A stretch of 64,000 nucleotides of DNA from the NCBI GenBank assembly GCA_047150005.1, contig AP038806.1:1728001-1792000 (forward strand), written 5' to 3'. The translations under genes and the position numbers were made by a program. The notes below the pieces were generated by a model, which ran no database searches, was not told the origin of the DNA, and saw only the letters and a program-made list of their open reading frames with translations. Below, in pieces: positions 20,243 to 28,850 of the stretch. Numbering within the stretch: position 1 is the first letter of the stretch; every line of letters begins with the position of its first letter. The stretch is from Nitrospira sp. (GTDB lineage: Bacteria > Nitrospirota > Nitrospiria > Nitrospirales > Nitrospiraceae).

Positions 20243-20279
20243 GACGTGTCCTCCTCTCTCCTTCAGCTGATACCGAGAC

Positions 20280-20513
20280 CTATGGGCGATACTTCTCGAC
20301 GACCTCTGCCGGCCGAACCTGCGCACGATCGGGGTCTTGGCCCGCTGCACGAAGCGCGCGGCGCTGTCGCAATAGATCCCAGCATTGGTCGATTTCGATC
20401 TGGACCCGCCGTAGCCGTGAGTATTCTTCCTCTGAAAGGAATTCTTTCCCCTGCAGGCGATGGTTCTGCGACACCAATTCTTCGATCTGATTCAGTATCG
20501 TGCTGTCAGACAT
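20280..20513 (-). CDS. DUF2630-family small protein
   Basis: MSDSTILNQIEELV...IEIDQCWDLLRQRRALRAAGQDPDRAQVRPAEVVEKY matches the DUF2630 signature. Confidence 0.8.
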   Translation of the reverse strand: MSDSTILNQIEELVSQNHRLQGKEFLSEEEYSRLRRVQIEIDQCWDLLRQRRALRAAGQDPDRAQVRPAEVVEKYRP

Positions 20514-20569
20514 GAGCGTCACCTTGGACGTCGATCCTCGGCCATCGATGCATCGCTCCCGCGACCGGA

Positions 20570-20773
20570 TTAGAGCGCGCGCAAGCAGGCCGTGAGCGCC
20601 TTCTTTTCCTCCGCATCCAACGTGAGACCGCCCACGAGGTTGAAGAACTCGACCGAATCCTCCAACGTCGGCAGTCGTCCGTCGTGGAAATACGGCGGAG
20701 AGTCCTTGAGGCTGCGCAGCACAAACGTCTTGATCGGCTCGTCCGTCATGGCGCGGAACCGCTCGACCTGTTG
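20570..20773 (-). pseudogene. C-terminal remnant of a di-heme cytochrome c peroxidase-like protein
   Basis: Manual translation QQVERF...IKTFVLRSLKDSPPYFHDGRLPTLEDSVEFFNLVGGLTLDAEEKKALTACLRAL*; K.P.LR....PY.HDG...L pattern; no CxxCH or signal peptide upstream. Confidence 0.75.
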
Positions 20774-20775
20774 TG

Positions 20776-20821
20776 ACTATGGCGCATTCACACCGCGCGA
20801 GACGACTGGGAAATGCCCGAG
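20776..20821 (-). promoter_or_regulatory. CTAGGG-box promoter upstream of the cytochrome remnant/DUF2630
   Basis: CTCGGGCATTTCCCAG (20806-20821), 24 nt, CATAGT (20776-20781). Confidence 0.6.
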
Positions 20822-21041
20822 TGGAGAGGTGAGGTGAAGCGCATGTCACGATCGAACGGGTCGCAGACGTGCCTATGTATGATTGACCTCTCCGGGCTGA
20901 TGTTCGTCGCGTGATCCATGCACCCGCCCGGTGCCGTCTTGCCCGGCGGCGCATCACGAAGAGGCCGAGGACCAAGATTGCGCGCCTGCAATGTCCTGCT
21001 GCCTGCCACCGAGCGCCGGTTCGCTCGCGTCCGTCACACAG

Positions 21042-21275
21042 CTATGCCGAGGTCCCAGGGTCCGGGTCGTGGTTCACGAGGTGTTCCGCCGCAAGCCAAT
21101 CATCCACGTCCTGACCATCCTGTCTGCCCCGCTGTTCGTAGATGGCATACGCGCGCACGGCGATGCGGGCATGATGGCTGATCGTTGAGTCGGTCACTGC
21201 CCGATCGCCGTTTACCGGAGGCACCGATCGCTCCCCTCGTACCTTCTTAACAACTCGTCTCGCCTGCAGCTTCAT
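21042..21275 (-). CDS. DUF2934-family small protein
   Basis: RIAVRAYAIYEQRGRQDGQDVDDWLAAE; GAGG RBS above ATG 21275. Confidence 0.8.
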   Translation of the reverse strand: MKLQARRVVKKVRGERSVPPVNGDRAVTDSTISHHARIAVRAYAIYEQRGRQDGQDVDDWLAAEHLVNHDPDPGTSA

Positions 21276-21329
21276 CCTGACCTCTTTCATCTTCTTAATC
21301 CCCACTGTGGAGTGCCGCTCCCCCGGATT

Positions 21330-21360
21330 CCGGCCTCCATGATGGATCACTGGAGGCCGG
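21330..21360. terminator. 10-bp perfect stem-loop
   Basis: CCGGCCTCCA-11 nt-TGGAGGCCGG just downstream of the 21380-21853 gene; no U-tract. Confidence 0.4.
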
Positions 21361-21379
21361 TGGAGAGTGAGTCGTGAGC

Positions 21380-21853
21380 CTAGAACGAGAGAGCCGCTCG
21401 TTCGTCCTGCTGTCTGACCTCCTCCGCAAACCGTTTCATGCGGTCCACGAGCGCCTTTTCCTCCGGATCGAGCTTGTCCTCGCTCTTGAGCGGCAGCAGC
21501 ACGGCATAGGGGACGGACTTGACGACGGTGGCAAAAATCTGGTGCGCTGCGTCGGTGCTGATCCCTCCCTCTTTCGTTTCCAACATTTCGAGGAAGCGGT
21601 TCAGACCTTTCCGCTTGCCGGCGTAATCCCCTTTGACGGCAGCCTCACTGATCACGTCCAACTGCTTGAAGTAGGAATCGAAATTGCCTTTCTTGGCCAT
21701 GTTCTTTTGAATCATGACTTCCATGGCGACCTTATCGACCCATTGCGGGGGGACCCAGGCTTGGGCCGCGCTGGGAATCATCCAGGAGACAAAGACGACC
21801 AACAATGCGGAGACGAGCAATACATTTACATTATGGTAAAGACGCGTTCTCAT
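21380..21853 (-). CDS. Exported helical hypothetical protein
   Basis: GGAGGAG RBS; signal peptide ending AQA; 157 aa. Confidence 0.75.
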   Translation of the reverse strand: MRTRLYHNVNVLLVSALLVVFVSWMIPSAAQAWVPPQWVDKVAMEVMIQKNMAKKGNFDSYFKQLDVISEAAVKGDYAGKRKGLNRFLEMLETKEGGISTDAAHQIFATVVKSVPYAVLLPLKSEDKLDPEEKALVDRMKRFAEEVRQQDERAALSF

Positions 21854-21981
21854 GTTCTTCTCCTCCCCATTCTATGATTAATTATGGATGCCATGTGAGC
21901 CTGTGCAGACCGCCTCCAATCCGGAGCGGTCGATTCGTCATGGACAGATAGTCTGAACCGTGACGGATCGCCGTGCGGCGC

Positions 21982-22389
21982 CTATCGTTTGACGAGCAGT
22001 TGTCCTCCGACCGTCCTCGCGCGAACGGGATCGTACATGCGGTAGGCGCTTTGCTCGGTTCCTCCCAGGGAATCAAGATCCGTGACGGCAAGTTTGATGG
22101 TTTTGGTCTCCCCTGGCTTCAGGATCTCCTTCACTTTCAGTTTGTCGACCGCGAACCCGTGTTTGTCCTTGGTGTCGTTCGTCACGATGAGCTCGAGCGG
22201 TTTGAGCCTCACCTTCTCGTCGACCACGATCGTCGAGGGAAGAATGAAATCGACCGTGCCGTTGGACAAAATCGCCACGTGAAATTCTCGCGGCTCGCCT
22301 CCCAGCATCTCATCGGCGTAGGTCGGGACTCCCGAGCCGACAAATGCGGTCAGAATACCCAGAGCGAGGATCGTGAACCGGTGTCGCAT
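21982..22389 (-). CDS. Exported cupredoxin-fold (nitrosocyanin-like) protein with altered metal ligands
   Basis: AAGGAGG RBS, signal peptide, N...HGFAVD.LKVKEILKPGETKTI pattern; C-terminal YRMYDPVRARTVGGQLLV lacks Cys/His. Confidence 0.65.
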   Translation of the reverse strand: MRHRFTILALGILTAFVGSGVPTYADEMLGGEPREFHVAILSNGTVDFILPSTIVVDEKVRLKPLELIVTNDTKDKHGFAVDKLKVKEILKPGETKTIKLAVTDLDSLGGTEQSAYRMYDPVRARTVGGQLLVKR

Positions 22390-22568
22390 GAGGCACCTCC
22401 TTTTTATAGGTACAGGTTACTGTGTCTTGCCCCGTCATTCCCGTCAGCTGAGCGGTCGCTGTCCGGCCTGTCGCCGTGATTGATCCGTGACCCGTTGGCG
22501 CAGGGCGAAGGACAAATCGGCTTGATCTTTCTGTATCGTGCCCAACGCCGTCAGCAGCCATCGCGGCA

Positions 22569-24002
22569 TCATGACAACAGCTCCTTGTGCTTGGGCCTGC
22601 GCTCCATCTCCAGCTTGTTGAACGCATCCAGCGCCGCCACCTTGTAACACTCGGCGAACGTCGGATAATTGAAGACGGCCCGCAGGAAATAGTTCAGCCC
22701 TCCTCCAAGATCGAGCACGGCCTGCCCGATGTGAATGAGCTCGGTCGCGCCGGTTCCGATCGCATGGACGCCCAGCAGGCGTCGATCCTCCCGGTGAAAG
22801 AGGAGCTTCACCAGGCCGCTGTCGTCGCCCAGAATCTGTCCCCTCGCGATCTCCCGGTAGCGTGCGATGCCGGTTTCGTAGGGAACGCGCTGCTCGGTCA
22901 GCTCGGACTCCGGTGGCCCCGCCATGGAGATTTCCGGAACGGAATAAATACCCACCGGCAAATGCTCGGGGAGCGGATCGAGCTCGATCCCGAACGCGTG
23001 ACAGGCCACTTGGCGTCCCTGTGAAGCGGACGTCGAAGCGAGGCTGGGATAGCCGATGATGTCTCCGGCGGCGAAAATGTGAGGAACCTCCGTCCTGAAC
23101 TGCGCGTCGACCCTCAAGCGCCCCCGTTTATCGGCCGCCAATCCCGCCGCGGCCAGATTGAGCCGATCGACGGCACCCATCCTTCCGACTGAATACAGGA
23201 CGGACTCGGCGACGATATGCTTGCCGGATTCCAAGGTAATGACCGCGCGACGTGCCTCATCTTCGGTCAACTCCAACCGTTCGACGGCTTCACCGAGCCG
23301 AAAGGTCACATTGCGGTTGCGTAACTGATGCATCAATTCATCCACGATCTCGGAATCCAGGAACTCCAGAAGGCGCGTGCGCTTGTCGACCAGCGTGACG
23401 TTGACTTTCAACGCGGCGAGCATCGACGCGTATTCGATGCCGATGACGCCGCCGCCGATTACGACCATTCTGCGCGGAAGCCGCTTCAATCTCACCATAT
23501 CGTCGCTGGTCAGGATCACGTCTCCGTCAACCGGCACCCCGTCGGGCAGGGCCGGAACTGTACCGACCGCGATCAAGATGTTCTCCGCGGTGAGCATCCT
23601 GGATTCATAGTCGCCGGTCACCGTTACGGTATGGGGGCCCGCAAACGAGGCTTCCCCATGAATCAACAAGACGTCGTTCCGACGAAGTTGATCGGCGACG
23701 ACGTCGACCTCCCGCTTGATCACGGCGTCGACACGCGTGAGGAGCTGAGATGCCGTGGGCCGGCTTTCGGAGTAATTGCCGAGATGCTGTTCTGCGTGGT
23801 TGGTCATGCACAGAAACGACAGCACTGCTTCGCGAAGCGTCTTGCTGGGAATCGTTCCGGTCGCCGCGGAGACGCCTCCCACCACGCGCCTGCGTTCGAT
23901 GACGCCGACGCGCTTGCCGACCTTTGCGGCCTGAATCGCCGCCCGTTGGCCCGCCGGACCGCTTCCGATGCACAGCAGGTCGAAATCGTATGGCGTCGTC
24001 AT
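22569..24002 (-). CDS. sthA: Soluble pyridine nucleotide transhydrogenase
   Basis: IGSGPAG FAD motif, GTIPSKTLRE (no CxxxxC), GGGVIGIEYAS, FNYPTFAECYKVAALD. Confidence 0.9.
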   Translation of the reverse strand: MTTPYDFDLLCIGSGPAGQRAAIQAAKVGKRVGVIERRRVVGGVSAATGTIPSKTLREAVLSFLCMTNHAEQHLGNYSESRPTASQLLTRVDAVIKREVDVVADQLRRNDVLLIHGEASFAGPHTVTVTGDYESRMLTAENILIAVGTVPALPDGVPVDGDVILTSDDMVRLKRLPRRMVVIGGGVIGIEYASMLAALKVNVTLVDKRTRLLEFLDSEIVDELMHQLRNRNVTFRLGEAVERLELTEDEARRAVITLESGKHIVAESVLYSVGRMGAVDRLNLAAAGLAADKRGRLRVDAQFRTEVPHIFAAGDIIGYPSLASTSASQGRQVACHAFGIELDPLPEHLPVGIYSVPEISMAGPPESELTEQRVPYETGIARYREIARGQILGDDSGLVKLLFHREDRRLLGVHAIGTGATELIHIGQAVLDLGGGLNYFLRAVFNYPTFAECYKVAALDAFNKLEMERRPKHKELLS

Positions 24003-24044
24003 AAGTATTCGACACTCCTCCGTTTGCCGGACGTCGTCCGGCGC

Positions 24045-25196
24045 TTAGAACCCCGTCAACCGGGGAAGGGGAATCGGCGTCGCCTGGCGGGATGCCGTCC
24101 CGGTGGCGGGCGTACCTGCGCGGTTGGCCGGCCGCATGGAGCCCGGGGGACGTTCCGCCAGCACGACGGAGGTGTGGAGACGCTCGCCATCCCGCAGTAA
24201 CTCAACCTCAACCGTTTGACCGACGTGCAGGCTCTTCACAACTTCCGCAAAGGCATCTGCGGAGCGGATGGATTGCCCTTCCAGGGTGAGGATAATGTCG
24301 CCGCCCAAGACCCAGGTAATCCCATCCAGGACCATGCGAATGGTTCCCAACCTGATGCCGGCGTTCGCTGCGGGGCTTCCTTCCTCCACGTCCTCGACCA
24401 ACAGGCCGTCGCGGAGGGGGAGGGCGACCAGCGTCCGAATCTCCTCGGTGATGAATTGTCCCGTGACGCCCAGCCATGGCCGTTCGAGCTTCCCTTTCTC
24501 TTTCAATTCAACCCAAATCTCCTTGGCGATGTTGATGGGAATGGCAAATCCGATGTTCTGCGCCCCCATCAATGCCGCCGTCGTAATCCCGATGACCCGT
24601 CCGCGGGAGTCCACCAACGGTCCGCCGCTGTTTCCTGGATTGATCGGAGCCGTCGTTTGAATGAGGCGGGACGGACCGTTACTGAGCCGTCTGCTGGGGG
24701 GACCCAGCCCGCTGATGATGCCGGTCGTCAAGGTAAAGCCCAAGCCAAACGGACTCCCGACGACCGACGTGTGCTGTCCGATACGGAGACGGTCCGAATC
24801 GCCGAGCTTGACGGGAACAAGCTTTTTTCCTGAGGCGGCAATCGACAGGATGGCGACGTCAGTCACCGGATCCAGGGCGAGCGTGTCCGCTTTAACCCTT
24901 GTCCCGTCGAACAACGTGGCAATGATCGAATCAGCTCCGTCCACGACGTGCGCGTTCGTCAGGACCGTACCCGCCTCATCGACCAGAAATCCGGCACCGA
25001 CCCCGGTCGTCGACGGTCGCGATAGCGGATGGACGGATTCATAGATCACCGACAGAAAAATCGTCGATGGAGCCAGATGGTCATACACATGGATGAGATG
25101 CTCTTCATCGTGATCCCCGGCCAGCTTGGCGGCCGCCGACCATGGTGTCATGAACAGTATCCAGCACAGGAACGGCGCGAGCTTCGATAGTTTCAT
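24045..25196 (-). CDS. HtrA/DegP-like serine protease with PDZ domain
   Basis: Signal peptide; TNAHVV, TDVAIL, INPGNSGGPL catalytic triad; RPWLGV PDZ. Confidence 0.92.
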   Translation of the reverse strand: MKLSKLAPFLCWILFMTPWSAAAKLAGDHDEEHLIHVYDHLAPSTIFLSVIYESVHPLSRPSTTGVGAGFLVDEAGTVLTNAHVVDGADSIIATLFDGTRVKADTLALDPVTDVAILSIAASGKKLVPVKLGDSDRLRIGQHTSVVGSPFGLGFTLTTGIISGLGPPSRRLSNGPSRLIQTTAPINPGNSGGPLVDSRGRVIGITTAALMGAQNIGFAIPINIAKEIWVELKEKGKLERPWLGVTGQFITEEIRTLVALPLRDGLLVEDVEEGSPAANAGIRLGTIRMVLDGITWVLGGDIILTLEGQSIRSADAFAEVVKSLHVGQTVEVELLRDGERLHTSVVLAERPPGSMRPANRAGTPATGTASRQATPIPLPRLTGF

Positions 25197-25249
25197 GGCA
25201 CCCTCCATGCGTCCTTGGCTCCGGCTCCACCAGTACCTGTTTACAGGGG

Positions 25250-25747
25250 TCAGGGAGTCTGTCGAGTCGGGACTCGTAGAATCTGTTCACCCGCGGAATT
25301 TCCGAGTTGGACAATGCCCTTGAACGCCTGCTCCCGATAGTAGGTGTATCGAGACTCCTCAAAATTCAGGAGGACGAACCGAAACAGTTTCGCGGCCAAC
25401 CAATCCTGTCCTGCCTGGTGGGCGACGCGGCCGGCCGACAAGGTGCAAGCGGCGGCCATGGCTCTTGGGTCCACGGCCAAGCGCGGGGGCGGCACCGCCA
25501 GCGCCTGCTCGAACACCTGCGGCAGGACATGAGCCGCACGGGGCGAGTTATCGATGAGACGGACCGCACGGTTCAGCTGTTCAGCGTCCTGCCAGGTCTC
25601 GAATACACCGGTACCGGACCGGCAATCGGAGTAGCGTGCCCACATGTCCCTGAAGGCCGGCTCGCTCGGTACCCGCGCACCGTCGAGCGCCTGGGTCGCA
25701 TGGCACCCGCTCAACAAGATGGCCAAACCGCACATCAGCCAACGCAT
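25250..25747 (-). CDS. Hypothetical lipoprotein
   Basis: MRWLMCGLAILLSGC lipobox; start reassigned. Confidence 0.6.
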   Translation of the reverse strand: MRWLMCGLAILLSGCHATQALDGARVPSEPAFRDMWARYSDCRSGTGVFETWQDAEQLNRAVRLIDNSPRAAHVLPQVFEQALAVPPPRLAVDPRAMAAACTLSAGRVAHQAGQDWLAAKLFRFVLLNFEESRYTYYREQAFKGIVQLGNSAGEQILRVPTRQTP

Positions 25748-25758
25748 TTGGGATGCAC

Positions 25759-26172
25759 CTATTCCGCCATGCGAGCGGCCAGCTGTTCGCGCTGGGCCGC
25801 CTGTGGTTGCCGCACTGCCGACAGCAGCACGCTCAGGAGCAGATCGGTCTCGTAGGGTTTGCGGACCCACGCGAACGCGCCCAACTCGATCATGTGGCGT
25901 TCGAGATCGTCGGCTTCACCGGAAAGCATAATGACCGGTGTCTCAGGCCAGGTGGCCTGGCTCAAGAGCAGAAACTCCCCTCCATCCATCATCGGCATGT
26001 GATGCTCCAAAATGACGGCATCGAAATGTCTCTTATTCATCTCCTTCAACGCGTGAAGCCCGTCGGCGGCGAGATGAATGTTGTAGTCCGTCTGCTCAAG
26101 GAGGTGGGAGAGCACCTGCCTGCTCTTTTCATTGTCATCCACGATGAGAACCCGCTTGCCGTAACCATCCAT
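25759..26172 (-). CDS. Single-domain receiver protein (atypical, Glu at phosphoacceptor)
   Basis: VLIVDDN, FDAVILEHHMP, PVIMLSG, VRKPY; AGGAGG RBS. Confidence 0.85.
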   Translation of the reverse strand: MDGYGKRVLIVDDNEKSRQVLSHLLEQTDYNIHLAADGLHALKEMNKRHFDAVILEHHMPMMDGGEFLLLSQATWPETPVIMLSGEADDLERHMIELGAFAWVRKPYETDLLLSVLLSAVRQPQAAQREQLAARMAE

Positions 26173-26329
26173 GACGGCCTCCTCCTATTGTTGAGGTCAC
26201 AGTGTCGGAATGACGTCCTCCAGAGGTGGAACAGCGCCCGGCTCGACAAACGGCTTCTCGGTTCCAGGACCGTCATCGCGCGCGACGTCAGAGTCCGGTG
26301 CGTGACGGAGGTGATGTCCGAGCCGGCGT

Positions 26330-27223
26330 TCAACGAGATGGAATCTCCGCCTGATAGAGTGAGTGTGGCTGATCCGTTCCTGGATTCACCAGAATCGGCA
26401 CGTTCAATTTGTCCGGCAACAGCACCAGCTTGGCATTGGGACTATCGTACAACTTGTACTGGAGGTACTCCGGCGTCAGGGTCTTCGTGATCGTTTCCTG
26501 TGCCTTCGCCTGGCCCGTTGCACGAATACGAAGGCCTTCGGCCTCTCCCTCCGACCGGATTCGAACGGCGTCGCCCTCTCCCTTCGCCCGTCGTCGAGCG
26601 ATTTCCGCGTCTTTCTCCGCGATGACAAGTTCGAATTCCTTCTGCTCCTTCTCCTGCTCTTTCGCCTGTTTGCGCTCGACGGCGTCCAGCACGACCTTGG
26701 CCAACTCGATGTCCGCCAACGCCACGCTGGCAATCTCCAGGTGCCGCCCTTTCAGTTTCTCCACGACCACCGCCTGAACCTTGTTCGCAATCTCCGCGCT
26801 CTTCTCGGGCACATGAACCATGGCATAGCCGGACACGACACTTCGCACTGCCGCCAGCAGTTCAGGCTTCACGACCCTCGGGTAGAAGTCCGTTCCGATT
26901 TCGTGGGCGAGAAAATACACTTCCTGCGGAATCGGCCGCATGATGATGGCGGTCTTCAGTTGCACCAGCAAATCGTCCGAACTGAGGGCATCGACGGTTT
27001 CGGTGTAACTCTGCCAGCGAACATCATAGACATAGATGGAGTTCCACACCGCTCGCCAATAGAAACCATCCCGCAACGGTTCGGTCGATAGCCCTTCCGT
27101 AAAGGGATGCCAATAGAGCCCGCGCTCTCCAGGCTGCACACTCGTTCCCGCGCATCCACCGACGGCAGGCAGAATAGCGATGATGAGAGCGAACACTGAA
27201 ACTGGATATGAAGTGGTCCGCAT
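26330..27223 (-). CDS. SPFH/prohibitin-family lipoprotein
   Basis: Lipobox VGGC; VQPGERG, LSSDDL, AVERKQAKEQ, A.G.A coiled-coil repeats. Confidence 0.88.
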   Translation of the reverse strand: MRTTSYPVSVFALIIAILPAVGGCAGTSVQPGERGLYWHPFTEGLSTEPLRDGFYWRAVWNSIYVYDVRWQSYTETVDALSSDDLLVQLKTAIIMRPIPQEVYFLAHEIGTDFYPRVVKPELLAAVRSVVSGYAMVHVPEKSAEIANKVQAVVVEKLKGRHLEIASVALADIELAKVVLDAVERKQAKEQEKEQKEFELVIAEKDAEIARRRAKGEGDAVRIRSEGEAEGLRIRATGQAKAQETITKTLTPEYLQYKLYDSPNAKLVLLPDKLNVPILVNPGTDQPHSLYQAEIPSR

Positions 27224-27256
27224 GGGAGCCTCCGTTTCTGTTGCTCAGCGGCCCAT

Positions 27257-27619
27257 CTACGGGTGATTCAGATCGGTTTGTGGAGCCTGGCGGTCGAGGG
27301 CGCCACGGTATCGGCGGGCTGACCGCTCCATTTCTTTCGCTTCTTCTTCGTAGTATTGAGCCAAGAGCCTGGCCCCGGCCACCCATTCGGAGTCAGGGCC
27401 GAACAATCGCTCATAGGCCGCCGCCTGCTCCGAAACGTCTTCCGCCTTCTTGCCCAACGTCTTGGCTTGATCGGCGTGGTACGTCGCGATTGTCCGTCCG
27501 TCGCGGGATAGATCGTGCGAATCGAGAGCCAGGGGCTCATGCGCCCTGGTACAGGATGCGACGGAGATCATCCAGAAACAGCAGAGCGGCACGAAGCAGT
27601 CAGAGGTGCGTCCGCTCAT
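27257..27619 (-). CDS. Hypothetical lipoprotein
   Basis: GGGGAG RBS, VASC lipobox, helical YERLFGPDSEWV segment. Confidence 0.6.
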   Translation of the reverse strand: MSGRTSDCFVPLCCFWMISVASCTRAHEPLALDSHDLSRDGRTIATYHADQAKTLGKKAEDVSEQAAAYERLFGPDSEWVAGARLLAQYYEEEAKEMERSARRYRGALDRQAPQTDLNHP

Positions 27620-27825
27620 GGCTCTCCCCCATGCCTCGTGCCCCACGAATTGCGAGGGCAGCAGGCTGTCGGGCTGGTTTCACGATTGCGAGAGCGCTTA
27701 TTCCGGAAGGTGGCTGGACGAAGAATTGAAGAACGAGTCATGAAAACAACCCCTCGAGAGCAATATAGTTTCGGCGTCGCGAACGAGAGCGGGGAGAAGT
27801 CGGCTCTCTTGTGATCCTATGCAGG

Positions 27826-27841
27826 AGCAATTTTCGGTCCT
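27826..27841 (-). promoter_or_regulatory. Possible sigma54 -24/-12 promoter
   Basis: AGGACCGAAAATTGCT (GG-N10-GC, TTGCT) on the minus strand in a 550-bp intergenic region. Confidence 0.35.
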
Positions 27842-28178
27842 CGGGAGCAAATGACGGCACGTGAAGATTCCCGTCTCCAAAGCGACGGTGCAGCCGAAGC
27901 ATTGTCCCTTCAGGCCTGCTCCATTTTGAGTGGCTCGTTTGGAGGATTCGATCGGCAGCATTGCTTCGCACAGTGCGGTTGGTGCATATCCGCTCGTGCG
28001 ATGGAGGTAGGAATTGATGATGTGTGCCGGTGTTTCGTGTTTCAGGAGCTTATGTGGAAAGCAGGTCGCGGAAGTCGGAGACGAGAGAGGTGGCGAGAGA
28101 GACGGTGTGAACGGAAGCGGCGAATCTTCTGATTCGAATCACGCGTACGCTATGGGTAGGTACGGAGGATGTCCTCGG

Positions 28179-28850
28179 TCACGGTCGCGGATCCAACTCG
28201 ATCAGTCCTTTTCGGATGGCGAGAATGGCCGCCTGCGTGCGGTCGTAGACCTGCAGCTTGTGGAAGATGTTGCGCACGTGGTTCTTAACGGTCTTCTCGC
28301 TGAGGTCCAGGCTGTTGGCGATTTCCTTATTGGTCTTGCCGTCCGCCACGAGACGCAGAACGGTGATTTCCCGTTCGGTCAGATCATGTTCCACCCAGGC
28401 CGGCTTCTTCCCCTTCTTCTGCGCCATCAGGGAAAACTCCGCCAGGATCTTGCTGGCGACGGAGGGATGGATCAGCGATTCGCCCCGGTAGATGGCGCGA
28501 ATGGCCGCGACGATCTGAGACGACTCGGAATCCTTCAAGAGATATCCGGTGGCGCCGGCGCGGACGAGATCGAAGATGTACTGCTGTTCCTCATACATCG
28601 TGAGGGCCACGATGCCGATGTGAGGGAACTCACGCTTGACCTGACGGGTCGCCTCCACTCCTCCCATGCGGGGCATGCTGACGTCCATGAGGATGACGTC
28701 GGGCAGGAGCGTCTTGGTTTTTTCGACGGCTTCCATGCCGTCCTGCGCTTCGCCGACGACCTGGATGTCGTCCTTGGTCTTGAGAATGGCGGCGAGCCCT
28801 TCGCGCACCACGCGGTGGTCGTCTGCGATCAAAACCTTAATTTTCTCCAT
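28179..28850 (-). CDS. NarL/LuxR-family response regulator
   Basis: VLIADDH, DVILMDVSMP, GYLLKD, LTEREITVL...NKEIA..L.LSEKTVKNHVRNIFHKL; AAGGAGG RBS. Confidence 0.95.
   Translation of the reverse strand: MEKIKVLIADDHRVVREGLAAILKTKDDIQVVGEAQDGMEAVEKTKTLLPDVILMDVSMPRMGGVEATRQVKREFPHIGIVALTMYEEQQYIFDLVRAGATGYLLKDSESSQIVAAIRAIYRGESLIHPSVASKILAEFSLMAQKKGKKPAWVEHDLTEREITVLRLVADGKTNKEIANSLDLSEKTVKNHVRNIFHKLQVYDRTQAAILAIRKGLIELDPRP

Noticed and set aside
23850..23885. Missing Cys in the SthA redox-loop region (GGVSAATGTIPSK)
   Set aside because: SthA lacks the redox disulfide anyway and Ser variants occur in the family; not evidence of novelty
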